A stretch of 52,141 nucleotides of DNA, taken from a bacterium. GTDB lineage: Bacteria > UBP15 > UBA6099 > JAJRTR01. Both the position numbers and the translations under genes were made by a program. The stretch lies in NCBI GenBank assembly GCA_024278215.1, contig JAJRTR010000031.1, forward strand, positions 1 through 52,141, read 5' to 3'. Below are positions 29,482 through 40,237 of this stretch, piece by piece (within the stretch, counting starts at the first letter, position 1; every line of letters starts with the position of its first letter). The notes under the pieces were generated by a model. That model was not told the origin of the DNA, ran no database searches, and worked only from the letters and a program-made list of their open reading frames with translations.

Positions 29482-29720
29482 CTATTGCCTATATTACAGG
29501 GATATTGTAAAATTGATGCGCACAAAATAAGGCAGAGGTGTCGGTTGTCGGTTTGCAGCAAACAACTACAGCGAACGTATACTAATATCTTCCAAAAATT
29601 TTTGCCGTCCTCAAACCGCATTTGTCTGGACACGAAAAGGCGACCTGTATGGTTACGGTTGCGCTGGGTTAGAATTTGATGGTAAAGTTACCTCAGAACA
29701 GCTCACAGCACTGGCTGTCG

Positions 29721-31220
29721 ATGACCAGCTATGACAAGCTTACGGCGGATGTCGAGCGTGAATCCGAACACGCACTTCTGGAGCGTCCGGGGTTCAGCAT
29801 CAGAGCTCGCATTATTCTTGCTTTTCTCATGTCCTTCTTCTTCCTGCTCAGTTTCGTTATCACGACGATATTTTATATATCCAGAATGAATTCGAAGCAG
29901 GATTTTCTGGAAGACGCGGCAAATTTCTCCTTCAATATTCAGCAGGCGAGGCGGCACGAGAAGAACTATATTTTATATCATGATACAACAGACCTGTTCG
30001 ACGCTATAGATTATGTGCGCAAGGCGTCCTATATATTTAAGAAAAACGACGCCGAATTGCGTTCGAGTCTGCAAAGCAGCTAGTACAATGCTCTGAAAGA
30101 GTCGCTGCCGAAGTATGAAAACCTGTTGAGCCAGGCCGCCGACAGTATTGCCGACCCTGCGGAGAATGCGGGGCTGACGAATCCGAGGGTGGCGAAAGAG
30201 GCTCGCGCGCTCGGGCACCAGATGCTCACGTATGCGACAGACCTCGTGGACAGGGAACGCATGAAACTGAAAGCGACGATGCGGTCATTCAAAACGGCGT
30301 CGATATTTTTACTCATTCTGGTATTTGTCATCATGGTGTGGACTGCTATGGAGCTGTCCCGCCAGATTCTGCAACCGCTGGGCCGCGCGGTCGAGTACAC
30401 AGGCAGAATCGCGTCTGGTGATTTCACGCTGATAACCCCGAAACGCAAATATCGTGACGAGTTCTCGAACCTCGCTGTCGCCATCAACCGCATGATATAC
30501 GAGTTGATGGAAAAACATGAGCAACTGGTGCAATCCAGGAAAATGGCCGCCGTGGGAACCCTGACATCAGGCATCGCTCACGAACTGAACAATCCGCTTA
30601 ACAATATCGGGCTCACGACCGAAGCTCTGCTTGACGATATGGATGCCTACAATGACGCCCAGAAAGAAAAAATGTTGCAGGATATTTTCAAACAGGTGGA
30701 GCGCGCCAGCGTAACGGTGAAAAATCTCCTCGACTTCACGCGGGTCGAAACCAATAAACCCGAGTTGATAGACATTAAAGAACTCATTCGGGGAACACTG
30801 GAGCTGTCGAGCAACCAGATAAAAATCAACAACATAGAAGTATCGACCGATATTGGAGACGACCTGAAGAAAGTTATGGGAAACTTTCGCGACTTGCAAC
30901 AGGTCTTCCTTAATATTATCATCAACGGAGTGCAGGCTATGGATGGCGGCGGCTCGATCAGCATCGAAGCCGCCAATCACGACGACAAATATATTAAGGT
31001 AGTTATATCCGATACCGGATGTGGCATAGATAAAGAGAATATCGACCACATCTTCGATCCTTTCTTCACGACAAAGGAAGTCGGCGAAGGAACGGGACTG
31101 GGGCTTTCGCTCAGTTATGGAATCCTGCAGAAGATGGGTGGAAACATCACGGTGAAAAGCGAGCCGGGCAAAGGCACTTCTTTTTCAGTGTATCTGCCGA
31201 TGGCAAAGTCGCCGGTTTAG
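29721..31220 (+). CDS. Membrane sensor histidine kinase (TM-periplasmic-TM-HAMP-HisKA-HATPase) interrupted by one in-frame TAG (30081-30083)
   Basis: ORFs 29676-30083 and 30126-31220 are in frame: ...ELRSSLQSS*YNALKESLPKYENLL...; GIAHELNNPL, DTGCGI, FDPFFTTK, GTGLGL. Confidence 0.85.
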
Positions 31221-31405
31221 GAACGCCGGATTTTATTTTGAACTTGTTTGAATTTCGGGAACACGCCGGTAAAGTGAACCAGGTTGCTGAAATTCACAAA
31301 AACACACAGGGTCATTTGCAAATAGATTAAACATGAAACACTGGGAGGAACTATCGCAATGACACAAAAACACGCCGGTAAAGCGAATGTTTCGAGGAGC
31401 GCGTT

Positions 31406-32338
31406 ATGAGTCTTGGAATCTTTCTGCCGATCGCTGGAAACACAGTAAATGTAATAGTGTTGCTTGGTTTGGGAATGACAGTGGGATTCCTGTCCGGATT
31501 ATTCGGAGTAGGCGGCGGATTTATATTAACACCGCTTCTGATCATGATCGGGATACCGCCCACGGTTGCCGCAGCCACGGACTCCAACCAGATCGTGGCG
31601 GCGTCGACATCCGGAACCATCGCCCACGCGCGCGGCGGTACGGTGGATGTCAAAATGGGTGTGCTTCTGCTTCTGGGCGGAGTGGTGGGCGGCACGATCG
31701 GAGTAAAACTGGTAAAAGTGCTCCTGGCTATGGGAGAGGCGAACTTCGTAATCACGGTCACATACATAGTGATGCTCGCCGGCATAGGAACTTATATGTT
31801 TATCGACAGCATACGCAGTATGCGGAGCAGCCCTGAAAGTTCGGACGAAGTGATCGAGCCGGAGAAACCCTCTTTATATGCCCGCATGATGGACAGCCTG
31901 CCGTTCAAGGTGGAGTTCGAGCGTTCGGGCATCACTCTGTCCGCACTCATGCCGCTTGGGCTCGGGGTGCTTGTCGGAGTGCTGTCGGCGATCATGGGTG
32001 TCGGCGGCGGATTCATCATGGTGCCGATAATGGTGTATCTCCTGCGCATGCCCATGCACGTCGTTGTGGGCACAAGCCTTTTTCAGATCATGTTCACCTG
32101 CATGAACGTTACAGTTATGCAGTCGTGGATGAACCACACGGTGGATTTTGTGCTCGCACTGATATTGCTGATAGGTTCGACAATCGGCGCTCAACTGGGC
32201 GCGGCCGCCGGTAAAAAACTCAAAGCCGACCAGTTGAAAATATTGATGTCGATTATCGTGCTGATCGTAATGGTAAAGATGCTAACAACTTTACTGATTG
32301 CCCCTGACATTCTGCTCGCTTACGTGGGAGGTCACTGA
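31406..32338 (+). CDS. TauE/SafE (TSUP) family membrane transporter
   Basis: SGLFGVGGGFILTP and AIMGVGGGFIMVP repeats; multiple transmembrane segments. Confidence 0.92.
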   Translation: MSLGIFLPIAGNTVNVIVLLGLGMTVGFLSGLFGVGGGFILTPLLIMIGIPPTVAAATDSNQIVAASTSGTIAHARGGTVDVKMGVLLLLGGVVGGTIGVKLVKVLLAMGEANFVITVTYIVMLAGIGTYMFIDSIRSMRSSPESSDEVIEPEKPSLYARMMDSLPFKVEFERSGITLSALMPLGLGVLVGVLSAIMGVGGGFIMVPIMVYLLRMPMHVVVGTSLFQIMFTCMNVTVMQSWMNHTVDFVLALILLIGSTIGAQLGAAAGKKLKADQLKILMSIIVLIVMVKMLTTLLIAPDILLAYVGGH

Positions 32339-33111
32339 TGAGGAAATATATCTACATATTATCAGCAGTCCTGTTCGTCGTTGCATTCTCCGCCGTGTCA
32401 TGGTCGCTTCAACAAACAGGAGAAATCACAATAGACCCCGCGAACATAGAAATAGGATGGTTTTATAACGGGACAAAAGTCAATGTGCGGGCGATTGTCC
32501 CCGCCGACGGCGATGTTGTCGTGCAGGTTGTCGGAGACATGGATCATGTTACGCTTAAGAAGAAAGGTAAAGTCGCGGGAGTGCTCTGGATGAATGTCGG
32601 AGAAGTCACTTACACGAACGTACCTGACATTTATTTATACAGGAGTTCACGCAGTTTAAGCAAAATGGCAGACAGCGAAACATTGAACAGCTTGATGATC
32701 GGATACGATGCGATTCGACAACAATCGACCGACGGGCCTGAAAGCGACGAATGGAAACTTTTTGATCATTTCATAAAACTCAAAACGAAGGAAGCCCTCT
32801 ATTCATCGGATGAAAGAGGAGTGCACTTCAGTTCCACAGACCGTGCCGGTCGCCAGGCCGCAGCCGAATCTTTTCTGCCGGCCAAAGTGCCGGGCGGCAA
32901 GTACAAAGTTGAAGTCTTCATTTTCAGGAACGGACGTGGAGAGCTTCTCGGTTCCGATGAAATACAAATCACTTTTTCGTCATATTTATCTTTCATCAAA
33001 TCGCTGGATGAAAACCATGGGCTGCTGTACGGAATACTGGCGGTCCTTGTGGCCCTTGTGGCAGGCGGCGTGATAGGGCTGATCTTCGGAGCCGGCAAGG
33101 GTGGTCATTAG
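32338..33111 (+). CDS. TIGR02186-like membrane protein (TauE partner)
   Basis: KKKGKVAGVLWMN motif, signal peptide, C-terminal TM; coupled to tauE by a TGATG overlap. Confidence 0.75.
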   Translation: MRKYIYILSAVLFVVAFSAVSWSLQQTGEITIDPANIEIGWFYNGTKVNVRAIVPADGDVVVQVVGDMDHVTLKKKGKVAGVLWMNVGEVTYTNVPDIYLYRSSRSLSKMADSETLNSLMIGYDAIRQQSTDGPESDEWKLFDHFIKLKTKEALYSSDERGVHFSSTDRAGRQAAAESFLPAKVPGGKYKVEVFIFRNGRGELLGSDEIQITFSSYLSFIKSLDENHGLLYGILAVLVALVAGGVIGLIFGAGKGGH

Positions 33112-33250
33112 TACCAGGTCGTTTTCTTGATGTATCAACCCACATGGAACGGATGGAACATGACCGGTATTGGGGTCAGTACCTGACTGCACGAAGGTCT
33201 GCCATGCCGATAATGCCGCTCCGCTATTCGAGGACCCTGAAGGTGATAAA

Positions 33251-35812
33251 GTGGGGAAAAGAGTTTTCAAAAAACCTTTTGATTTCGGTGGCAGGCATCA
33301 TTCCCTGAAAAGCAAGATCGAAAAATTTCAATCGCTTCTCAGAGAGAATAACCATGTGCTGGACCTCATAGCAGAAGCCAACGAAATGCTAAGCGGCGAC
33401 TTCCTTTTTGATATGCAGTATCCGAGGCAACTTGCTGCAAAACTCGAATCTTCCGTTAAAAATGTAATTGTAGACCTGAATTACATTGCAGATAATCGCT
33501 ATCTGGAATTGTTGCGCTCATTTGACAAGACAAAAAGCGTCATCGACAGCATTATTGAATCCAGGCACTATATTCCGAGAACCCCGCTTCTGCTGCCGCT
33601 CGATAAAATCGACAGAGACGCAAGAGACGCGGTCGGCGGGAAAATGATGCACCTTGGAGAACTCAAGGTGCGTTTGAGAATAAGGATTCCTGATGGATTC
33701 GCAATACCGGTTCGGGCCTGTCGGATGTTTTTCAAAAAATCCAATATAGACGACAGGATAGATACAGTAGCCGCAGCCCTTGACGCAGGCGAAATCGACG
33801 CGAAAGAAGCCGAAAAGATATTGCTTCCCCTTGTAAGAGAAGCCCCGCTGCCGAGGCAGGTGCTCGGCGCGATCCGGCAGGCGGTGTCGCTGATCGGCAA
33901 AAAACGCGGCGGCAAAATAATTTATGCCGTGCGAAGCAGCGCTATCGGTGAAGATGGAGCGCTCAGCTTCGCGGGCCTCCACGATTCCGTCCTTGGCGTG
34001 CTGCCAGGCAAAGTACCGCAGGCATACAAGCAGGTCGTAGCCGGCCTTTTCAACTCGCGCGCTATCCTTTACCGCCGTATCCATAAAGAGCCGATCCAGT
34101 CGGCGCTCATGGCGGTCGGAATACAGGAAATGGTACGGGCAACGGCAGGGGGTGTCGTTTACACCGTTGACCCCAACCGTCCCGATGAGGACGCGATGAT
34201 AATAACAGCGGCGCCGGGCCTGGGTAAAATGATTGTAGACGGCGGCGGCAACACAGATCAGTTTACGGTATCACGCGAACCGCCATATAATGTTATTTCG
34301 CGCAAGCTTGCGGCGAAACAGGAAATGTATCAGACGGCTCTCGGAGGCGGTATCCAACTGGTCGGCGTTCCCGCTGAAGATAAAAACACGCCGGTCGTTT
34401 CCGAAGAGTTCCTTGCCGTTCTGGCCGAAACCGCGTTGCGCATCGAACATTGCATGAAACGCGCAGTCGACATCGAGTGGTGCCGGGATGAAAACGGAGA
34501 ACTTGTGATCCTGCAGGCAAGACCATTGAAAATAGAAAATGCTCCCACAGACATCAACCGCATCGCGCTGGAAGCGTCGAAACGCCACAAGCCCCTGATA
34601 GCAAACCGCGGTATGGTCGCGTGCAAAGGAATAGCGTATGGCCGGGTCGTGCATGTGACAGGCGAAGAAGCCCCGCACGATCTTCCCCACGCGCCTGTCC
34701 TCGTCGCGCGGAATCCTTCTCCGCATCTGGCGGAACTCGTGCCATACGCCGCTGCTGTTGTAACGGATGTAGGCACCACCACCGGACACCTCGCCACTAT
34801 CATCAGGGAATTCCGCATACCATCCATCATGGACACCGCGGTTGCCACAAAGATACTTAAAGATGGTATGGATGTAACAGTGGATGCCGAAGAGAAAACC
34901 ATCTATGAAGGAAAGGTCAAAGAACTATTGAAGTGGCAGATATTTCGAGTCGCCGAGTTCGAGAACACCTCTGAGTACAGAGTGCTTAAGAGGATGTTGA
35001 GAAATGTCGCGCCGCTCAACTTGAAAAATCCGCATCACAGAAAATTCCTTCCGAAATATTGCCGGACATATCACGATATGATCAGATTCGCGCATGAAAA
35101 ATCGGTCGAGGCTCTGCAGAACGACCGCCGGCTATCATCATCCACCAAAAATTCCGCCTGCCGCAGATTGAACCTCGACATCCCTCTCGACCTGACGGTG
35201 ATCGACATGGGGGATGGCCTGAAAAGCAACCTCAAGGACAGACGTTGTAACATCGAGGATATTACATGCAGCCCTTTTCTATCACTGATCGAGGGACTGA
35301 CCGCTCCGGGAGCGTGGTCCGCAAACCCCGCGGGAATGGATTTCGACAGTTTCATGTCGAGCGCGATGAGCCCTACGGCGATACCATCGATGACGGCACG
35401 GCGTCCAATGCAGAACCTCGCTATCATATCCGACAATTACCTCAATCTCAGCCTTCACCTCGGATACCATTTCAACCAGGTCGACTCTTTCGTCTCGGAA
35501 ACACGAAATGATAATTACATTTATTTCCGTTTTATGGGCGGCATGACCGATAACAGCCGCCGCTCCAGACGCGCGAGAATGATTGCCGTCATTCTGAAAA
35601 AACACGATTTTATGGTGGAGGCCAAAGGCGATTTTATTGTAGCTCGCATAAAAAAACTTGACCGGGCGGCTATGCTCGACAGATTAAAGATGACTGGCTA
35701 CCTGATCGGCTTCACAAGGCAACTTGATGTAAAGATGGTTAACGACTCCATGATAGAACGCAACGTGAGCCGGTTCATGGAAGAATTTTACAAAAAAGCG
35801 GAAATCGAGTAA
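33251..35812 (+). CDS. PEP-utilising enzyme (PPDK_N ATP-grasp + phosphohistidine swivel + atypical C-terminus)
   Basis: VGGK, PDGF, AVRSSAIGED..SFAG, DIEW, LQARPL, TGHLATIIREF; GTG start with GAAGGTG RBS. Confidence 0.85.
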   Translation: MGKRVFKKPFDFGGRHHSLKSKIEKFQSLLRENNHVLDLIAEANEMLSGDFLFDMQYPRQLAAKLESSVKNVIVDLNYIADNRYLELLRSFDKTKSVIDSIIESRHYIPRTPLLLPLDKIDRDARDAVGGKMMHLGELKVRLRIRIPDGFAIPVRACRMFFKKSNIDDRIDTVAAALDAGEIDAKEAEKILLPLVREAPLPRQVLGAIRQAVSLIGKKRGGKIIYAVRSSAIGEDGALSFAGLHDSVLGVLPGKVPQAYKQVVAGLFNSRAILYRRIHKEPIQSALMAVGIQEMVRATAGGVVYTVDPNRPDEDAMIITAAPGLGKMIVDGGGNTDQFTVSREPPYNVISRKLAAKQEMYQTALGGGIQLVGVPAEDKNTPVVSEEFLAVLAETALRIEHCMKRAVDIEWCRDENGELVILQARPLKIENAPTDINRIALEASKRHKPLIANRGMVACKGIAYGRVVHVTGEEAPHDLPHAPVLVARNPSPHLAELVPYAAAVVTDVGTTTGHLATIIREFRIPSIMDTAVATKILKDGMDVTVDAEEKTIYEGKVKELLKWQIFRVAEFENTSEYRVLKRMLRNVAPLNLKNPHHRKFLPKYCRTYHDMIRFAHEKSVEALQNDRRLSSSTKNSACRRLNLDIPLDLTVIDMGDGLKSNLKDRRCNIEDITCSPFLSLIEGLTAPGAWSANPAGMDFDSFMSSAMSPTAIPSMTARRPMQNLAIISDNYLNLSLHLGYHFNQVDSFVSETRNDNYIYFRFMGGMTDNSRRSRRARMIAVILKKHDFMVEAKGDFIVARIKKLDRAAMLDRLKMTGYLIGFTRQLDVKMVNDSMIERNVSRFMEEFYKKAEIE

Positions 35813-35821
35813 TATTCATAA

Positions 35822-35974
35822 AAGCCGATTGCAAAATTGTGTTCGTAGCGAGGCGGAGTTGCAACATCCTCGCAGACGTACTCATAAAGTACGTTGAAGA
35901 CGATTCCGCGCCGACAACGCGCCTGCGGACAATTTCAGCCGACCGCGGCAGAATCAGAATTTTACATTCGGCTT
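35822..35974. repeat. MITE-like repeat family C, copy 3 (inverted, internally deleted)
   Basis: Ends AAGCCGATTGCAAAATT / AATTTTACATTCGGCTT; interior matches the reverse complement of 29303-29481. Confidence 0.8.
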
Positions 35975-35989
35975 ATAAGGGGGGACACC

Positions 35990-36376
35990 ATGGCTGCACA
36001 TGAAGCGGAAGTACTGATTATTGACGACGAGTCTATCGTATGCGAGCGGCTCAAAGAGTTTCTGGAATCGAAATCACTTTACGTGGAAACATTCACCGAC
36101 AGCGAAAAAGCTATCGAACGCCTGAATGAAAAGCAGTTCGATGTTGTAGTAACCGATTATAAAATGGCCGGCAAAACAGGTATGGATGTCCTGCTGTCTG
36201 TCAAGGAAAACAGCCCGGAGACCCAGGTCATTATGATAACAGCGTATGCCACAATCGAAAAAATACGCGGGGCCGAGACTGTCGGCGTGTTCGAGTTCAT
36301 AAACAAACCTTTCAAGATGTCCAGCATGTACAAACTTATCACCAGGGCGGCGAAGATAACCCGTAAACTACGTTAA
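35990..36376 (+). CDS. Single-domain response regulator
   Basis: IIDDE, VVTDYKM, ITAY, KPF. Confidence 0.9.
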   Translation: MAAHEAEVLIIDDESIVCERLKEFLESKSLYVETFTDSEKAIERLNEKQFDVVVTDYKMAGKTGMDVLLSVKENSPETQVIMITAYATIEKIRGAETVGVFEFINKPFKMSSMYKLITRAAKITRKLR

Positions 36377-36388
36377 AAGCAGGAACAC

Positions 36389-36787
36389 ATGACGAAGCAA
36401 CTCCACATTTGCATCATTGACGACGAACAGATAGTATGCGATCGCCTGCGCCCCATACTCGAAAAAAAGGGCTTCAGCGTCGATACATTCACCGACAGCA
36501 CTATTGCGGCCGAAAAACTCGCCGTGCGCAACTACGATATACTTATCACTGATATAAAAATGCCCGGCATCGACGGCCTCGAACTCATGGCGCATGTCAA
36601 AACGCGGTCTCCCGAAACAAAAGTCATTATCATAACAGGGTTCGCAACAGCTGAAACCGCAAGCGAAGCCATCAAAGGCGGTGCCGCGGAATTCATTTCA
36701 AAACCGTTCCGCCTCAGCAAACTTAAAGAACTGGTACTTCAACTGGCCTCCGAAATACAGAAAAAGCAGGAGACTGAACAGGAATAA
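36389..36787 (+). CDS. Single-domain response regulator
   Basis: IIDDE, LITDIKMPGIDG, ITGF, KPF. Confidence 0.9.
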   Translation: MTKQLHICIIDDEQIVCDRLRPILEKKGFSVDTFTDSTIAAEKLAVRNYDILITDIKMPGIDGLELMAHVKTRSPETKVIIITGFATAETASEAIKGGAAEFISKPFRLSKLKELVLQLASEIQKKQETEQE

Positions 36788-36801
36788 CTCAGGAGGGGAC
36801 A

Positions 36802-37614
36802 ATGTCACTCATAACTATCTCAAGGGGCAGTCGATATAAGGGCAGAGAAGTCGCCGAGAAGGTGGCGGAAAGACTTGGCTACGAATGTATCTCCCGTGAG
36901 ATACTTCTCGAAGCATCCGAAGAATTCAACCTTCCGGAGATAAAACTGAAAAGAGCCCTGCATGATGCGCCGTCCATCCTGGACCGTTTCACATTCGGGA
37001 AGGAAAAATATACTGCTTATGTACGAGCCGCTCTCCTGGAACACTTTCAAAAAGGCAACATAATCTATCATGGACTCGCGGGCCATTTCTTTGTCAAAGG
37101 CGTGTCGCACGTGCTCAAAGTCCGCATCCTTTGCGACATGGAAGAGCGCGTAAGGATCGTGATGAAAAGCGAAGGAATATCAGAGAAAAAAGCGCTCCAG
37201 CGCATCCGCAAATATGATGAAGAACGTAGAAAATGGAGCCTCAATCTTTACGGAATAGATACACATGATTCCTCCCTGTATGATCTCGTCATTCACATCC
37301 ATAAGATCACAGCCGACGACGCTGCGGACATAATTTGCCACACTGCCGCGCAGGACCATTTCCAAGTCACTCCCGAATCACAGCAGGCTTTTGACGACCT
37401 GCTCCTGTCCGCTCAGATTCATGCTCTTCTGATGGCTCTGTCTCCACACACCAGCGTTACAGCAAAAAATGGACATGTCCTCGTCAAGTGCAAAGCGCCG
37501 TTAGCCCAACTGGAGCACATGGAAAGTAAAATAAAAAAGATCGTCGGAGAATTTCAGAATGTCGAAGACGTTAAAGTAAAATTGTCACCCTTATCATCTT
37601 ATGAGATTAAATAA
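36802..37614 (+). CDS. Cytidylate kinase-like family protein with C-terminal BON-like domain
   Basis: ITISRG...G.EVAEKVAERLGY, HVLKVRI, YDLVI. Confidence 0.8.
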   Translation: MSLITISRGSRYKGREVAEKVAERLGYECISREILLEASEEFNLPEIKLKRALHDAPSILDRFTFGKEKYTAYVRAALLEHFQKGNIIYHGLAGHFFVKGVSHVLKVRILCDMEERVRIVMKSEGISEKKALQRIRKYDEERRKWSLNLYGIDTHDSSLYDLVIHIHKITADDAADIICHTAAQDHFQVTPESQQAFDDLLLSAQIHALLMALSPHTSVTAKNGHVLVKCKAPLAQLEHMESKIKKIVGEFQNVEDVKVKLSPLSSYEIK

Positions 37615-37829
37615 AAAATCCGTACGGTACACGCATAGTGTTCAGTCAATTCGTTCCGGTTCAGAGCCGTGGGAACGATGAAAAATATTATCAATTCGTA
37701 ACTGTTCACTGTTTTGGGAAATGGAGACCCGCTGTTTATTGTCATTCATGCCTGTGAAAGCGGGAATCATTATTTGACCCGCAAAACAGAAATCCGATCT
37801 CCTTACGTCATTGCATCGTTGACACGACA

Positions 37830-38441
37830 TCAGCCATTTATAGCGAATAAAACCTGAAACTTTTCGATCTCCTCTTTGACATCATCTTTTGTAACGACCG
37901 CGCTTATTGCGCAGAGCATGTCCGCGCCGGCACCGACAACCTGCGGAGCGTTCTCCAGATTGATACCGCCGACTGCCGCAATCGGAATAGCAACGGCAGC
38001 CCTCACATCTCTTATCAAGCGGATTCCCGCGGGTTCACCCGCGTCGGGTTTCGTCGTAGTTTTGAAAATCGGCGAAACTCCCAGATAATCCGCGCCCTGT
38101 TTTTCGGCCGCTCTCGCTTCCTCGACATTATGAACTGTGATTCCTATAACAGCTTCCTCACCTAATTGTTGTCTTGCTATGTCGTAGGAGGCATCATCCT
38201 GCCCGAGATGGACTCCGTCCGCACCGACAGCGGCAGCAATGTCAACCCGGTCGTTAACTATGAAAATCGCTCTTTTGCAGATTTCCTTCAATCGGCGCGC
38301 TTCCTCGATCAACTCCTCTGTGCCGCTGTCTTTATTCCTGTATTGCACGATCTCGCAGCCCGCCCCGACTGCGGCTTCGACATCGGAAATATTTCCGTTT
38401 CTGCTTAATTCGGAATCTGTAATGAAATAGAATCCTCTCAT
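37830..38441 (-). CDS. thiE: Thiamine phosphate synthase
   Basis: VQYRNK, VNDRVD, GVHLGQDD, PIFKTTTK, AVGGI. Confidence 0.95.
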   Translation of the reverse strand: MRGFYFITDSELSRNGNISDVEAAVGAGCEIVQYRNKDSGTEELIEEARRLKEICKRAIFIVNDRVDIAAAVGADGVHLGQDDASYDIARQQLGEEAVIGITVHNVEEARAAEKQGADYLGVSPIFKTTTKPDAGEPAGIRLIRDVRAAVAIPIAAVGGINLENAPQVVGAGADMLCAISAVVTKDDVKEEIEKFQVLFAING

Positions 38442-39235
38442 CCTGCCTGTTCAACCTTCGCCATCGATTCAATCTGCTGCTCGTTCAGATTGTAAACCGC
38501 GTCAAAGAGGCATACCTTAAAACTGCCTGCCCCCCCGCATTCCTTCCGGGCCAGCTCCGCCGCAATCTCAAAACAGGCAAGCCCGGCAGCCGCGCCCTCC
38601 GCCGGATTCTCCGCAACTGCCGCAAATGTTCCTATAACCGACGTGGCCATGCACCCTGTTCCAACAATATGCGCCATTATCTCATGACCGTTTTTAACAA
38701 CAATCTGTTTGTTTCCGTCAACAATAATATCTTTCTTCCCTGTAATGACAACGGTGCAATGTCTCTCTTCCGACAGACGCTTAGCAACATCCGACAGGTT
38801 CTTTCCGACATCGACCGCGTCAACGCCTTTTGTCTGCACCTCTTCTCCTGCGATCCTCGCAACTTCTGAAGCGTTCCCCTTTATTATGGAAATATCGGCG
38901 TTATCTATAATCTCGAAACATTTGTCATCCCTGAGCTTTGTAGCGCCGGCGCCGCAGACATCAAGGATAACCGGGATACCTTTTTTGTTTGCGGCTTTTG
39001 CAGCCGTCAGCATAGAGTCGACAAACCCGGGAGTCAGCGTCCCGATATTCAAAACCAGTGCGGAAGCAATTCCGGCCATGTCCGCCACTTCTTCTTTCGC
39101 ATGAGCCATTACAGGACTGGCACCGAATACCTTCACAATATTAGCGCAGTCATAAATAGTAACCCAATTGGTGAGATGATGGACCAGTGGTTTCCCGGCT
39201 CTGACCTTTTCAAGCAGCGCAAATATACTAACCAT
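38438..39235 (-). CDS. thiM: Hydroxyethylthiazole kinase
   Basis: PLVHHLTNWVT, ASPVMAH, LNIGT, KGNASE, GTGCM. Confidence 0.95.
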   Translation of the reverse strand: MVSIFALLEKVRAGKPLVHHLTNWVTIYDCANIVKVFGASPVMAHAKEEVADMAGIASALVLNIGTLTPGFVDSMLTAAKAANKKGIPVILDVCGAGATKLRDDKCFEIIDNADISIIKGNASEVARIAGEEVQTKGVDAVDVGKNLSDVAKRLSEERHCTVVITGKKDIIVDGNKQIVVKNGHEIMAHIVGTGCMATSVIGTFAAVAENPAEGAAAGLACFEIAAELARKECGGAGSFKVCLFDAVYNLNEQQIESMAKVEQAG

Positions 39236-39273
39236 AAAGATACCCCCTGGGATATTGTTGAACTACCCGACGG

Positions 39274-40023
39274 CTATCCGAGCTTCTCGATTATCATTTC
39301 GGCGGCTTTTTTACCGGATTTCAGCATACCGCCGAAGATCGGACCCATCCTGGGAATATTGTAGCAAGTGCAAACCGACATGCCGGCCAGGAACACACCA
39401 GGATAAAACTCACCGGTTTTCTCGACGACATCGCGTTCGCTGACATCGACCTGCATGGGCCCTTCGCCCAGTTTCACTCCCGGCATTTCGACACCTTTCT
39501 TCTGCATCATACTTATTACTTCTGCCGGGTGTCCGGAACCGTCTAAAACATATTTCGCAATAATACAGTATGGATCGACATGGAGCTGGCCCAGGTGTAT
39601 CGCCGTTCCGTTTACGACAACGCCGACAACCCGGTCGTCCCTGATCACGACATCCTCGAAATAGGTCAGGTTGAAAAAAGCGGCACCCGCATGAATGGCG
39701 CGTTCACCGAGGCAGAGCGAGAATTCGCAGGAATCTACCACAAAGAGGTCGCCGACTTGCTTGTAACGCATACCCATTTCTTCGATAATATCAGTTTCCT
39801 CGGTCACTACCATGCCGTAGCCGGCCGCGCCGCCCCATATCCCGCCGCCGATAGCCAGGCGTTTTTCCAATATGATAGTTTTGATGCCTTCCTTTGCCAG
39901 GTAATAAGCTGCCGTCATCCCCGCCGGGCCTCCCCCGACTATAACGACATCATTCTCGAGATGGTTCATGAGTTTTTCGTGATGCTCAGCAATAATTGCC
40001 CTGGTAATGTCGGTTTCTTTCAT
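39274..40023 (-). CDS. thi4: Thiazole synthase Thi4, non-Cys (His) sulfide-dependent type
   Basis: VGGGPAG, GGGIWGG, HVDP, DGSGH, RMGPIFGGMLKSG. Confidence 0.93.
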   Translation of the reverse strand: MKETDITRAIIAEHHEKLMNHLENDVVIVGGGPAGMTAAYYLAKEGIKTIILEKRLAIGGGIWGGAAGYGMVVTEETDIIEEMGMRYKQVGDLFVVDSCEFSLCLGERAIHAGAAFFNLTYFEDVVIRDDRVVGVVVNGTAIHLGQLHVDPYCIIAKYVLDGSGHPAEVISMMQKKGVEMPGVKLGEGPMQVDVSERDVVEKTGEFYPGVFLAGMSVCTCYNIPRMGPIFGGMLKSGKKAAEMIIEKLG

Positions 40024-40237
40024 ACTATTTCTCCTTTTCTCCCCTCTGCTCTTTTGTTCGGTTCCTGAAAGGAAGGGGACAAATATTTTTTTTCAGCACG
40101 TGATAGTATAACAGCTTGCCCTGTGAACAGCAAAAAAACGAAATCCACCACAGGCAAATACCCGGTTGACTAACCGACAGACCCGGAAATAATACTTTTC
40201 CGAGAAATATCACACAGCCAGTGCTATAATATTGTCC

